From positions 48,298,001-48,362,000 of the forward strand of contig OX597821.1 in assembly GCA_951406725.2 (NCBI GenBank): a stretch of DNA of 64,000 nucleotides, in the 5' to 3' direction. Source of the DNA: Octopus vulgaris (taxonomy: Eukaryota). Below the pieces are notes generated by a model. That model ran no database searches and had not been told where the DNA came from. It saw nothing but the letters and a program-made list of their open reading frames with translations. A program made the translations under genes and the position numbers. Shown here one piece after another: positions 12,481 through 25,860 of the stretch. How positions within the stretch are numbered: position 1 is the first letter of the stretch; each line of letters begins with the position of its first letter.

Positions 12481-13109
12481 CCTAGACCAATTTTACCTTT
12501 CAAGAATGTTGGATCACAAGCCTTGCAGTATTTATTCAGGCTCTTTACATTCTGAGTTCAAATCTCAGCATGGCCTACTTGAGCAGTAGACTTAACCCAT
12601 CCCATGTGTTGACACACACCACCTGGCATCTTGAATGAACTTTAGTGGTGTCCACTCTGCTGCAAACAACCAGACCAGACCTCTAATTTGAGGATATCTT
12701 ACCCCATAAACCATTCTTGGAAGTAATAGGCACTGCTTTCTCTTCCAACCAAACAATAAACAAAATACAATTTATAAATTTTTTGTAGATTTTAAACATT
12801 GTTTTCAAATAGCCATATAATGTATACTAGTATGTATTAACTTTCCATGTACTGTATATCAGTAACTATAAACCTTTCCAAAGATGTGTACCAGTAATAA
12901 ACTTTTCCACCAATATTTGATCTCCTGTGTTTGATGTAGTCAAAAAGATTAAAAACTATTCTGATATGCATTTTTATTCTTTCTTCTTAAAGATGCTTGA
13001 CAGAGATTTGAACACGATTCATTTGCTATTTCATTCAGGCTCAGAAAAAAGTGGTGGAGATAAGAATATCCATAGTAGAAGTAAGTTTGGGAGAGATGGG
13101 ACTGTGATA

Positions 13110-13320
13110 ATAATGATGATGATGATGATAATGGAGATTACTGGGGAAAATGATGGTGGTGATAGTGGTGGTGGTGGTGGTGGTAGTAGTGGTGGTGATG
13201 ATGATGAAGGTGATGATGGTCGTAGTGGTAGGAGTTGATATACATAATCACGATGATGGTAGTGGTGGTGTTAATATTGATGATGATGAGAATGATAATA
13301 GTGGTGGTGGTGAAGAGGAT
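13110..13320. repeat. (GAT)n/(GGT)n low-complexity tract
   Basis: Direct observation. Confidence 0.9.
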
Positions 13321-14526
13321 AATGCTAGCATGTATGTGATTTTAATTCATAAATTGTTACCTTTATTCTTGTATTAAATTTCATTTTCTGTTTATCTCTT
13401 TCTCTGTGTGTATGTGAGAGAGAGAGAGTGAGAGAGTAAGAGAGGGGGGTTCATGTACATATGTCTGTTTGCTTACAGTAAATTTTTCAATTTTCTAAAA
13501 TCAGGAAAAATGAGAAATAAACGAGTAAGAAAAATATTTCACAGAATGCATGTTTTCCTATATCACACCTTGTTTTACAAGTACAGGAGAGCTTTAATGA
13601 CAAACAGTACATACACTGAACGTCACTGTGTATGACAGTGCTTCAAAACAGTGACACCTTTGTTGCATCTGCAAAATTTCTTCTATCATTGTCAACTTAA
13701 AGTGCATACAATAACAGCAGCTAAAGAAGGAAAACAACAACATAAATGAAAGCAACAAGAATGAAAGAAATGAAGAATGAATAACAAAGAATTTCTATTA
13801 AATCTTGAAAACTTTCCAGAACTTTCTGAATAAATAACAAAATTTTAATTTATTTCCACAACTGTTTGGTTATTTCTTATTGCTTTTCTTCTTTTTAGCT
13901 TTTTTATATTTATTCATCTGTTTACTTATTTGATTATTTGAGCAAGTATTAAAATATTTTCCGTGTTGCATGAAGTAGGTTTATGTTCTGTGATTATTTC
14001 ATTGATTATATAAATGATTATATAAACGAACATTATAATTGATTATATAAACGAACAGCAGAGTTGATCTCAGTGGGATTTGAACTCAGAACATTAAGGA
14101 CATAAACTAAATAATTTTTCTCAACACTCACCTGATTCCGCCATCAGCCATCTCAGCAAAAAATAGCAAAGGCGCCACTACATAGATGGTTCACCTGCTA
14201 AAAATAGTAGCTGATCTCATTCAAATTCAGCTTGTTGTCTTGATTTTGTATTAATTTTGTCATGCAGTCATGGCAGTAGGGATAAATACCACTTCTTTTT
14301 GTTTCTCTGGATCAATACAGATTGAAAAAAAAACTTATGATCATTGTGTCTTCAGGTCTAGCAGTTCTGCCATATTTTTGCAGAATAATCAATACATCCT
14401 TCTTTAAATAACAAGAGGATGTGATTTGAAGAAGGTTTGGTGGATATTTTTTGGAGTATGAAAGCCAAAATGGTAGACACCTTACATATAAGAGAACAAA
14501 GTGTACATAAGCCGCTATATATATAT

Positions 14527-14725
14527 ATAAAAAAAATGCAAAATGGGACAAAAACATAAAACATCCAGACAGTTAGGTGATACAAGAAAGGGACAACAAA
14601 ACTTCCAGACAGACGATACAAAGAAAACAGGGATGGGTCATTCAGAGTTTTCTTTCCTCAGTCAAGTTCCAGATTATCTTTGCAATTTCAGCTTGTTTTG
14701 CGTTCTTGTCCCATTTTGTATTTAT

Positions 14726-14726
<1 letters not shown>
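14527..14726. mobile_element. Small element in (TA)n with short inverted termini
   Basis: AAATGCAAAATGGGACAAAAAC / GTTCTTGTCCCATTTTGTATTT termini and an internal direct repeat AAAAC(A/T)TCCAGACAG. Confidence 0.6.
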
Positions 14727-14764
<38 letters not shown>

Positions 14765-14926
14765 GTTTAACGTCCGTTCTCCATGCTAGTATAGGTTGTA
14801 CGGTTCGACCAGGGATCTGGGAAGCCAGAAGGCTGCACCAGGCTCCAGTCTGATCTGGCAGTGTTTCTACAGTTGGATGCCCTTCCTAATGCTAACCACT
14901 CCGTGAGTGTAGTGGGTGCTTTTTAC
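14727..14926 (-). mobile_element. Family C element with (CAT)n tail
   Basis: (CAT)n-CGTTTAACGTCCGTTCTCCATGCTAG matches the other family C copies. Confidence 0.85.
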
Positions 14927-14931
14927 AAATG

Positions 14932-14989
<58 letters not shown>

Positions 14990-16149
14990 TACACAGCAAC
15001 AGTGGTGATGGTGGAGATACTGATGGTGGTAGTGTGATGATGGTAATTCTGATGCTGCTGATGATGATAATTATGACAATGACAATAAAGAAACATTATA
15101 AGCTCAAATGTTGCTAGAATGTATATCTACATTGGAACCCTCTTGTGTCTACCCAGATCAAAATCTATTTTAATAATGCTTCATATCTTATCCAACTTTA
15201 CCTCCAACCAAAGTCCACAGTAAAAAAAATGGATGTTGTAAGTCAGTAGAATGGAAAATGGAACCTCCAGTCATCTATCTTAGCTGCTGATTCAACCAAA
15301 ATTCTCCATACATCAGTGTTGAAACAATAAAAACATATGCAAACAGAAAAAAAAACTACAATATATTGTAGTTCCTAAGATATCCAATGGAAATAATAAT
15401 GGTAAAAAAATCATTAAAAAAGTGACAAAAATATATAACTTTGGAAATATTTGGAACAGAATTTCTCTAAGACATCAAAGACAAATTATTTATAAGCAAT
15501 TGCTTTTAACTTGCTGGACTTAGTAGCAATTTTTCATTATATTTCACAGAAAAGAAGAGAAAAATATTTTTAAATGTTTTAAGCTTTTAATTCTCTCTAC
15601 TTTATTATTTAATATGTCTTAAGTATATTTAATTAAAAAGAAAAATGAAAACACAAAGAAGGAGAAAACATAATCAGTAAATTTTCTAGAAAGTAATTTC
15701 TGTTTTACATTGTTTTTCTGGTATGTTTTAAAAAATTGTTTTACTTGTATCTCTGTAAATCTTTAATTAATATAATTGTAGATTAAGAATCAAACTATTG
15801 GCAAGTGAGTACTTTGATCACCATTCAGGTTTTCATGGAAGCCATTCGGTTCTATTTATGCCACCAATACTGAGAGAAATAAGCACACGCATGAACCTCA
15901 CAACATTTCCCCTCCTTATGAATCTATATAGACTTGGAGACTATCGTCGTCATCATCACCACCACTTTTGCCATAACTACATTACTACCACCACAACTAT
16001 AACCACCAACACTTCTACTATCATCATCATCATTATCACCACCACCAATATTTCTACTACTATCCTCTACTTTCTCCTCCTCTTTCTTCTCCTCCTCATC
16101 CTTATCCAGTACTAATTTCAAAATATTGTATATGTATGAATGTGTACAC

Positions 16150-16629
16150 CCAGAGATCTTTTCTCTAGACAATATGTGACCGGTGACAAGAAATAGGTTC
16201 TCTATAAAAATGGCAAGCACTGAAGACAGTGGGTTAGGAAAGAAGAAACACTGGCATCCCAAGCCAAAAAAAAGGTCTTCATCCACGCAAGGCTCAGAAT
16301 TTCTGGAACCCCATTGACACTGGCTTATGCTTATTGTCCAATCCTCATACACTGCATTAATATTCCTCACACTTCCCATTGCACTGTTGCCTTTATTGAA
16401 CTCATAAAACAAAATATGCCAAATATGCTCCTTTGTCACTTCCATTATAGCTTTGAAAAAGTAACTGTTAAAATCGAATTGCACTCTTCAAAACTTGCAC
16501 TAAGAATAAGTCCAAGGTAAAATTACTACCTGCTTTTATAGCAAGTTGATGCAGGTAGTTTATCCTGTCCACCTCTGACTTTTAGTTCATGCAATTGAAA
16601 AAAATGCATTATTCATGGGATGACCCAAT

Positions 16630-16630
<1 letters not shown>
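16150..16630 (-). mobile_element. Mariner 5' fragment (HTH region) with TIR
   Basis: ORF MEVTKEHIWHILFYEFNKGNSAMGSVRNINAVYED matches a mariner N-terminal HTH. TIR TA-TTGGGTCATCCCATGAATAATGC. Confidence 0.8.
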
Positions 16631-16665
<35 letters not shown>

Positions 16666-16824
16666 TCAATCCAAGGAAAAAACAATTTCCTTCAAAGGGA
16701 TGGAAAACATCCAATTATATCTTTTTATAGTATAATTATATTACATTATAATGTAAATAAATTTATAGTATGTCAATTGTATTTCTGCTTCCTTAATATA
16801 TATATATATATATATCTATATATA

Positions 16825-17290
16825 TATAAATAAAAACTTACTTGGAGAAGAGAAACAACGCATGCGTTCAGTCATATAATAACAATATAATAAATAAATA
16901 AAATATATGCATATATACATACATATATGTACATACTTACATCTACATGTATATATACAAGCATATATATATATATACGGGTACAGGACACCACAAATAA
17001 ATGTAGAACACAACGAGAGACGAAAACATAAAATCAAACAAGGAAACGGACTTTTTTTAACAACGAAAAAACAGAGTACAGGACAAACAAAACAAGGAAA
17101 ATTCCCCTTCATCAGCTGCCCCTGGTTCGACTCAATGCGTGTTTCGAAGGTAACATCTTTCGTTTCGGGATTTGATTTGCAAGATTCTTTATGTGAGTTC
17201 GTGTGCTGAAGCATATTCTATTGTGTCTGGGGAGAGTCATTCCTTTTAGAGCATCGCCGGTAACATTTCCACTCATTTCCTTCTTTATTT
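16825..17290 (-). mobile_element. PLE-terminus-like non-coding repeat
   Basis: Left part is homologous to 3110-3390 (inverted). Right part (17160-17290) is homologous to 23500-23640. Confidence 0.65.
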
Positions 17291-17309
17291 TTTCTCTCTT
17301 TCATTTTAC

Positions 17310-17700
17310 TTCAGAAATTGAGCTATTAAAACTAAGAGCCTCAAACAAACAAGAAAAATACAAAAACATCGATGAAGAAATGCTTCAGGAAATAAACAAC
17401 TACACAGACGAACACTCACCTAAAAATATTGTTAAACTCTGGAAAGAAACTTGTGAAAAAAAGAGGAAAGAACCTCCCTCCAACACTGGGTTAAGAATAA
17501 CAATTTTTTTCACAGGTGCGAATCCCATTCTAAAGAAAATACCACCACAGACAACCCATACCTGAAGAATAAAACGGGACACAAAAAGAAACCTAACAAC
17601 AAACAAATCCACTCCCCACCATCAAAACACGATGGCAAACAACCCTATAAACACCCCCTTCCATACATACACCATGACAAGATACCCCCAACCATACCTA
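17310..17700 (+). mobile_element. Possible retroelement (PLE-like) N-terminal coiled-coil ORF fragment
   Basis: EIELLKLRASNKQEKYKNIDEEMLQEIN...KLWKETCEK is helical and A-rich, and adjoins a PLE-type terminal repeat. The family assignment is inference. Confidence 0.35.
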
Positions 17701-17795
17701 AATACCTGGAACCATGTGGTTGGGAAGCAAGCTTCTTACCACACAACCACACCTGCATACACACATACGTGTGTGTGTGTGTGTGTGTGTGTGTG

Positions 17796-17853
<58 letters not shown>

Positions 17854-18591
17854 TGTGTGTGCGTGTGCCTTTATGTTTGGTGATTTGCATATTACATGCC
17901 ATCACTTTTAATGATTTCCAGGTACCAAAATTTAGGGAAGTTCTTTTTTATTGTTAATCCCCAAACTTTGGATACCTTCATTTCTGGATTTTTGCATCTG
18001 ACTAGTTTCTCTAGTTCTTCTACAAATATCATTAACATTGGAATAGTACAAATTAGGGGAAATTTTTTCCTTGATGGTCTTTCTTAATTATATGGAAGAA
18101 TTTTCTCAAATCTCCCTGTCTGTATGAATTGTTACTCCTTGTAATCTTTTGTGTATGTATTTGGATTATAGTATATAATTCTCAACAAATATTGCCCCAA
18201 TTCTGTCAGGACTGTTTATATTCTTTAATTTCAACCTAGACAATAACAATGTTTCCAATTCTTCCTTTCCCCCTTTCCCATATTCTACCCTTATTTGTAG
18301 AACTCTGCCACTTTATATGTTTTTACTGCTTCCTTATGTGAAAGCTATGGTCATTTTGTGATGGTTTGAAATTCTTCAGTATAGGGTTTATGCCTAATTC
18401 TTCTCAGCCAGTCATAAAGATGATGAGAGTGGTAGTGGTGATAATAATGGTGATGATGATAGCAGCAGATAATTACTTTTAATACTAATTTATTTTATTT
18501 TTTCACAAAATATCATTGATTTCAAAAAATGAATAAACAAAAATATAAAGAAAATTACATGGAAGCCTAATTGCTGAACAAAATCATGGAT

Positions 18592-18622
<31 letters not shown>

Positions 18623-19169
18623 GAAGAAAAGAAATGAAACAATATAAAACCACTTGTTTCTTTTGTGGGACATTACTTACATCACAAGTTTTACTCAAAT
18701 TAAAGAGATATAAGTAGATCATAATCAAAATATCTGATATAGATTTTTCTTTTTCCTTCTCTCATCTCCAACCCCACTTCTTCACCTAAATTACATCTTT
18801 CATTTTTGCTTAGTTCAATTATGTTTTTTTTATATAATTATTTACTTATTTCCTTCTCACTCTCTACCTCATCTCCCCATCTCCATCTCTACCTCCTTGT
18901 ACTTAAAGCAGACCAAGACCATCATATCAAAACTCTTGGCAAGAAAAATATTGGTGGTCAGATGCTTGGCAACTTCCCAAGTCTGTCTCTGATTACCAAT
19001 ACAAAAAGTTCCAATGATTGTTTTTCCCTCTTTAGATAAAGGTACATCTTCTGACCCTGCCAATCCAAATTGCAAAGGGACAATGATTTACTATGATGGT
19101 GTTATTATTATTTACTTTTAATCTGCATATCTGTTACAATCACTTACTGAGACACACCCAGCATCCTAG

Positions 19170-19470
19170 GGCAAGTGAAGGATAAAAAATGTTACAGTAT
19201 GACTGAAAGTTTGGGGAGGGGAGGTGGCGAGGCAGTAGTGGAATATCTTCATGTAATACAGCACAGACATATAAATTGATAGGGTTTTTCTAAGGATGTG
19301 GACAGTACTTGTCAGCACAATCTTTTGGATTTCTCTGAGACATGGTTTTCCTGGGATCTTATCTAAATATTTTTGACATCCCTTTCTTATTATACTTATG
19401 GCATCCACAATAACAGGAATAGTTCTCGCTTTAAGATGCCACATCTTTTGTATTTCAATTATTTGCATTA
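19170..19470 (-). mobile_element. R4/Dong-like LINE 3' end (REL endonuclease C-terminus)
   Basis: ORF IEIQKMWHLKARTIPVIVDAISII...LREIQKIVLTSTVHILRKTLSI. Confidence 0.8.
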
Positions 19471-19499
19471 TTATTGTTGTTGTTGTTTTCCAGTACCAC

Positions 19500-19712
19500 T
19501 TGGCTGGCCCTCATGCCAGTGGCATGTAAAAGCACCCACTACACTCTCAGAGTGGTTGACATTAGGAAGGGCATCCAGCTGTAGAAACTCTGCCAGATCA
19601 GATTGGAGTCTGGTGCAGCCATCTGGTTCATCAGACCTCAGTCAAATCGTCCAACCCTTGCTAGCATAGAAAGCGGACATTAAACGATGATGATGATGAT
19701 GATGATGATGAA
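19500..19712 (+). mobile_element. Family C element with (GAT)n tail
   Basis: Matches the 11365-11702 copy. Confidence 0.8.
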
Positions 19713-20799
19713 TAATGATGATAGTTATTTCTTCATTAGACATAAGGGTTCAAAGGAGTGAAGACAATGACAAAGTGACAAATCATAGCAAGGCGTTCAC
19801 TTGAACTGTATAAAAGATATCAGTACCAAAGCCCCAACAAAATTTCAACAAACAAAATTCCTCAAAAGGATGAATCACTGTAAAGGGTCATTCAAGGAAA
19901 CCCTACATAAAATCAATAGCCCTGGCTACCAAGGGCAAGTGACCTCTGTCATCTGCTCTTCCTAGCCTACAAGTAGGAGCATTTTCAGCATAGGCTTATT
20001 TGCTCATACCAAGCTCACCACTTTTACCCACCTTTCAGTTAAAGGGAAACTGCCTGCCCTTTCAAGCCAGAGACATATGATAGAGGAGCTTCATGACTGA
20101 CTTGATTGACAACCAGATACAGCCAACCCACAACAACAGCTGTTTGATGAAACACCACTCATCAGCAATGCTTGCACACTGAATTTACAATATCCCTCAG
20201 TAACACTTACAGACTAGGGATATCCAGAAATTATCCACAGTTCTTGTGCTGATAGTTCTCCAGAAAAGACCAACCTAAAATTTCCTTGAGAATGTTATTG
20301 CTCTTCTCCACCACTAGTTCTCTATAGAAAGTCAAAATGGAAGTTCCATTGACTGTATTTCCTAAGTGGTGGAGTACTGTGTGTCCTGATAGTATTCTAG
20401 GCAATTTCTCAGTCTAGGTCTCTGCTTGATGCAGAGCTGCAACTTTGTCAAAGAGATGAACTGAGGCAAATCTACCTCCGCTCTATCTAGAAATATTTGC
20501 AGATGTCATACTTCTAACACATGTCTCATCATTGGCAGCATGGCATGCAAAGTTCTCTATGTAAGGATGTTAACAACAGATGGGTCTCCTAACTAGTGAA
20601 CACATCTTTTTTACAAGAAGTGATCTTGTCCAGAGAAAACAAGGGCAATATATGATGGCGCAATATATGCATGCAGCATTTTGGTTTGACCTTTCAATGG
20701 TAGCTCTCTTTCAGCATGACTACCCTACTTGTAATTTTATTCCATTTCCTATCCACATATCATAATAATAATAATAATAATAACAATAATAATAATAAC

Positions 20800-21190
20800 A
20801 ACTACAGACCTATAACCTGTCTCCCTACAATGTACAAAGCCTTTACTGCAATAATATCGCAAAGAATGAGCAAGCATCTGGAAGAAAAAAACCTATTTCC
20901 AGAAGAGAAGAAGGGATGCTGCAAGGGCTCATATGGCTGTGAAAATCAACTAATGATTAATAAAGCCATAACTGAAGACAGCCGCAGAAAGAAGAAAGGC
21001 CTTAGTATGGCCTGGATAGACTACCAAAAGGCTTTTGATAGTATTCTCCACACATAGACCCTCGAAACACTAGCCATTAACAAAGTAGCTACAATAATTA
21101 TAAAATACATAAGACACCCTATGAATAAATGGCAGACAGTGCTACAGCTCCAAACAAAAGCAGGACTCGTGAAAACCAAAGCCATCCCCA
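20800..21190 (+). mobile_element. R4/Dong-like LINE reverse transcriptase fragment abutting (AAT)n
   Basis: NYRPITCLPTMYKAFTAII...GCCKGSYGCENQLMINKAI...LSMAWIDYQKAFDSI begins immediately after an (AAT)n tract. Confidence 0.88.
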
Positions 21191-21199
21191 ATAGAAGTT

Positions 21200-22530
21200 A
21201 TCGAACCCCATCAAGGTATTTTTCATACTTAGGAATTACCTCTCGATCCCTAAGATTCTATATTTACTCAGAGTCAGCTCATCTTACCAATTCCCATCAT
21301 GCCTCCAATGTTTTGGCAACCTAATCTTTGAGAGACTCGAATGCTTAGTCAATGTCAGACTCTCTCCAATGTCCTGCAATCAGGCTGCATTGCCCAAGCG
21401 ATTTGGAGGTCTTGGGCTTTGTAAGTGTTCATCCCTCTCTCTCTCTCCCCTGCTTCCTTCTTCCACCCACGCCTGCTCCACTCTGGTGAGCAACATCCTC
21501 TCCTCACCAACATGGACCAGTTCCAACAGGAAGTTGGATGAAGCTCTCTAACACTGGAGGGAATTGGGCTTGTCTGCTCCTGAGAAGGCGGAGGACTGTC
21601 GGAGATAGAGAGCTTGGGACAATATAATTTCAAAGGCCACCTTCAACTTCCTCTTCATCCAGTCGGACCAGTCTGCTAGTGTCAAATACTCAGGTGACTG
21701 AATTGATGCCATCCCTATGGCTAAAGTTAATGGCCTACTCAGCTTGGACGAACTTTGTGTTTCCATTGCCCGCAGAGTGGGAGCTGACATATGCATGGGC
21801 TTGATCTGTCATTGTGGCAGGCTCCTTGACTCCACAGGCCTCCATGGTCCTTCTTGCTGCCTGAATGCTGGTTGCTTCATGCGTCATATGGAGTTGAACC
21901 TGATACTCAAGAGCCTGGCCTGGGCAAACATCCCCTCCATCTTGGAACCATCTGGATTGTCCAGATGTGATGGGAAGAGACTTGAAGGTCCCACCCTGTG
22001 CCTCTGGTTGCAAGGCAGATGCCTTATCTGGGATGTCACAGTTAGCAACTTCTTTGCTTCTTCTCACATCCTGGATGCTGCAGTCAGGGCGAAATCCACA
22101 GCTTCTGCCATCAAGTGAAACAAAATCCTGAACTACTGTGACCTGTCGGCCAACTTCATTTTCCACCCTGTGTCGTTCGAGATGTTTGGTGGGGTCGAAC
22201 CAGCAACTGTAAGATTCCTGTCTTCACTGGCAACTCGCCTTGCAGAGGTAACTGGTGAGGCTTGCAAGGGTGCTTGGCTGTTCCAGTGCATCAGCCTTGC
22301 CATCACCCACAGCAACACTGCAAGCATGCTAGCATGTCTCAATAGCCATTAGAAGGGTTTCCCAGTGCCCCCAACTTTTCAACCTAGCAGTGAATTTTTT
22401 TTTCCTTTTTCTCTTTCTTCTTTCTCTCGTTTTTTTCTTTTTAATTTTTTTCGGTTGTGTTCTCTGTTTTGTCCAGTTTTCTAGTTTGCTTTTGTAAAAC
22501 AGTAAATGCTGTGAAGGCAATAAAAATTTT
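21200..22530 (+). mobile_element. CRE-like (REL endonuclease) non-LTR retrotransposon 3' half, decayed
   Basis: QAALPKRFGGLG, a Cys/His zinc-knuckle-like segment (CHCG..LDSTGLH..CC), EPSGLSRCDGKRLEG..W..GRCLIWDVTV, PVSFEMFGG and WLFQCISLAI..N, then a T-rich 3' UTR ending AATAAAAA. Confidence 0.8.
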
Positions 22531-23462
22531 AATCATATATTCACCATAAAATTAATAAATAAATTATAAATGAAGTCATTTTTAGCATGCAAATAATTAA
22601 CTCCATGTTTGAAAATTTTTAAATAGTGAAAATTGACTGTTAAAATATTTGAATTTTTGCTATTTGCCTTTTCTGAACAGCCCTACTACACGATTCAGTA
22701 CTGCTCATGGAGACAAAATCAAAAAAATAAAAGTATTTTATTAAATAATCTAGTTATTAAAATAATCTATTCAAAAATAGATTTTAAAAATCCATACTAC
22801 AAAAAATTAAGCCAAAAAATTTCATTTTTAAAAAAAAATAATTTAAAATAATGAAAGTAAATATTTGAACTCTTTGTATCGATTTGTGTTGTCTTTTATC
22901 TTTTGTTGTGTGTGTGCCTAAGAAATAGTTTAATTTCATATATGAGTAGTGTTCCTTTAATAACACGCAAAAATTGATAAAAATTTGAGAATTAAAATTA
23001 AATATCTTTTTTCTAATGGATAAAATTTTTCGAAACCTTTACCAGTATATTCCTTTAACATTTCTCTTTCATATTAATATCAATATAATAATTCTTAATG
23101 AAAATTAAAAGAATGGCATGAATTCAAAGTATCGATGTCAGGCATTACTACTCGTCAGTCAACCAGTTTGGTCTATACATATTATCTCTTAACTTTTGTT
23201 CTACTGCACCAGATTTTAAGTATTTCATGCCTAAATGTAGCTTATCACTAGTCAAACATAATTCAAAAACTAAATTTCATTTCAATTAAAACTGATTTAG
23301 TGAGACTGCTTGGAAGATGCCGACTGTGATAAAAATGTTACGTTAAGAATATTATTCAACTACTACTGTAGTTGATATATAAATATGTATATGTGTGTGT
23401 GTATATATATATATATAGAGAGAGAGAGAGACAGAGAGAGACAGAGAGAGACAGAGAGAGAC

Positions 23463-23493
<31 letters not shown>

Positions 23494-23497
23494 GAGA

Positions 23498-23690
23498 CTT
23501 CGTTTTCGGAGATGGTTTGCAAGATTCTTTATGTGTGTTCGTATGTTGAAATAAATTTTGCTGTGTCTGGGGAGAGCCATTCTCTTTTAGTGCCTTATAA
23601 TTTAACACACTCACTAGTAAGGTTTCCTCTCATTTATTCATTTTTCCTAAAGTTTTTGTTGCGTCTTGCAACTTTTTCAATAGTCATTGA
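23498..23690 (+). mobile_element. Fragment of the repeat family at 17160-17290
   Basis: Shared TTTGCAAGATTCTTTATGTG...GTGTCTGGGGAGAG(T/C)CATTC. Confidence 0.7.
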
Positions 23691-24269
23691 CCCATTCCAT
23701 TATCCAAGCTGTGTTCTTTATGTTTGTTTGTGCACATGTGTGTGGGTCAGTGTGTATGCACATACACATGTATTTGTGTATGTATGTATTTATGTATGTA
23801 TGTATGTATGTATACATCTTAGTGTGTGTATGCATGTATGAGTGTGTGTGCATGTGTATGCATATGTATATATATATGTGTGTACATACATATATGTTTG
23901 TGTGTTCGTGTTTGTGTTTTTTGTGTGTGTGTTTGCATGTGTGTGTGTCTGTGTACCTCTGTCTCCTTGTGTGTGTGTGTCTGAGTGTGTCTGTGTATGG
24001 GTTTTGTGACTATATACTGTGCCTGTATGTATGGATGTGTGTCTTCATATGTGTCCTTGTGTGAAGTGAAGTGTGTGTGTATATGGTCATGTGTTTCAGC
24101 CTTCATTTGCATATGTATGTGTGTATGAGTGCTTGTCTGTTCGTATTACCTATGTACCTATCCGTCTGTATGTCGATCTGTTTACATTCATATCCATTTG
24201 CCTACATACATACACACAACACACACACACACATACATACAGCTACATAACACCCCACTAACTATTCTA

Positions 24270-25860
24270 CTTGTATATAAATATAAACTGTGGGTACAGG
24301 TGTATGACTACCTGCTTTGTATATTTCCCATTTAGTACTGGGGAAGTTTCATTTATGAAGACATACTCCTGTATTTGTCTGAGGGTTAGGTCCTTTGGGT
24401 GCTTGAATAAAATGCACATGTCAAGTTGACCCAGGTTGCCTCCGTGCTGGTAGAGTATGTAGGACTGTTTTTTGTTGTCATATTGTTTCAAATGTACATT
24501 TAGTCTTTCTGCAATGCTCCTAGATGTCTCTTCTATGTATGTCATGTTCATGTCAAGCACCTTTTCTGCATCTTATGCTGTAGACTACACTTCTAGTTCT
24601 ACAGTTAATGCCAGGGTTAATCCTACATACCATGCAGTTATCATTGGTGTATGTGGTGTTCTCAATGGGGTACGTCCTACATAACTGTGATCTGATAGAG
24701 TTCCCTGGCTTTTCAACAATCTTAATGTTGTGTTTGGTCTCCTTCAGAGCTTTCCTAAATCTATAAGCTAGTTCTCCATGGGCTTTGGCCTCTACAAACA
24801 TCACTCCCTGACATTTGTCAGTTTTATACCACATGTTCACCAGGTTTCCTTTGTCACAAGCTCTTTGTATTCTATTCCAGTCTTTACTTCTATATCTAGG
24901 GCAGGTCCCACTGGTTTCATTACATATAATGTTATCTAAAAGGCGGCTAGCTGGCAGAAACGTTAGCATGCCGGGCGATATGCGTAGCCGTATTTCGTCT
25001 GTCATTACATTCTGAGTTCAAATTCCGCCGAGGTCGACTTTGCCTTTCATCCTTCCGGGTTGATAAATTAAGTACCAGTTATGGGGTCGATATAATCGAC
25101 TTAATCCATTTGTCTGTCCTTGTTTGTCCTCTCTGTGTTTAGCCCCTTGTGGGTAGTAAAGAAATATATTATGTTATCTAACTTCTTTTTAGCACCCTTG
25201 TATACTCAAACCCTATCTTTCTGATCATATCCAGAGAACTGCATGTTGTGCATGAATTTCTGTACATGTTTCTTTGTTTCATAAGGTTTGTAAAGTGGGG
25301 ACACATTATCCTAACTAAGTCTGCTATCAGTATGTTAATTTTCTTGTTATGTGACAAAACTTAGTTCTTGTGAACAACATATTTAGAAGCTATGGGTTTC
25401 ATGTAATAGGAGTGGAGGAGCTGCACTCTGTTATTCAGTCTCTAACCAAAGTTCAGTATCAAGGATGGTGAGTATATTGTTGGGGTTCCTAGTGGGGTAA
25501 TCTATAGTTATCTTGATACTCTGGTAGATGGAGTTAGCTACTTGTTCGGTGCTCTCCATTATGTTCCTCTTAAGTTTCTGCATTGCCATTACTAGAGATG
25601 GTCTTGTCTAGGATGTTAATGTCACCTATATACCTACTTAAAGTAAGAGAGCTGTAGAATGTTCTACTAAAGATTGTTTAAGTTTTCTGTCCTACCAGGT
25701 CATGAAGTGGCCGGCCACATCTCCATCTACACTGACACCAATGGCTGCACCTTGAACCTGCATGTATAGTTTCTTATTAAACTTTACTATGTGGTTCTTG
25801 AAGGTGGTTCTTATGCTAGCTCCTATTGCATATACAATCATTCCTTTCACCTGATTGTTG
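24270..25860 (-). mobile_element. Penelope-like element: RT plus GIY-YIG endonuclease, decayed
   Basis: Minus strand has QVQGAAIGVS..GDVA, YIGDIN (YxDD-like), LDTELW and HSYYMKPIASK, then CRTRSVVYSIRC and TYIEETSRSIAERLNVH (GIY-YIG). Interrupted by a SINE. Confidence 0.85.
24940..25165 (+). mobile_element. SINE family B inserted in the PLE, with TSD
   Basis: Full head-to-tail copy flanked by an ATA(T/A)ATGTTATCTAA-type direct repeat (about 24924-24939 and 25166-25181). Confidence 0.92.

Noticed and set aside
14630-14700. Minus-strand CUGAGGA-AA-GAAA motif as a hammerhead
   Set aside because: There is no stem II, no NUH with a paired stem III and no stem I complement.
19740-20750. Possible decayed LINE endonuclease region
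   Set aside because: The composition looks like old coding sequence, but no motif could be read with confidence.
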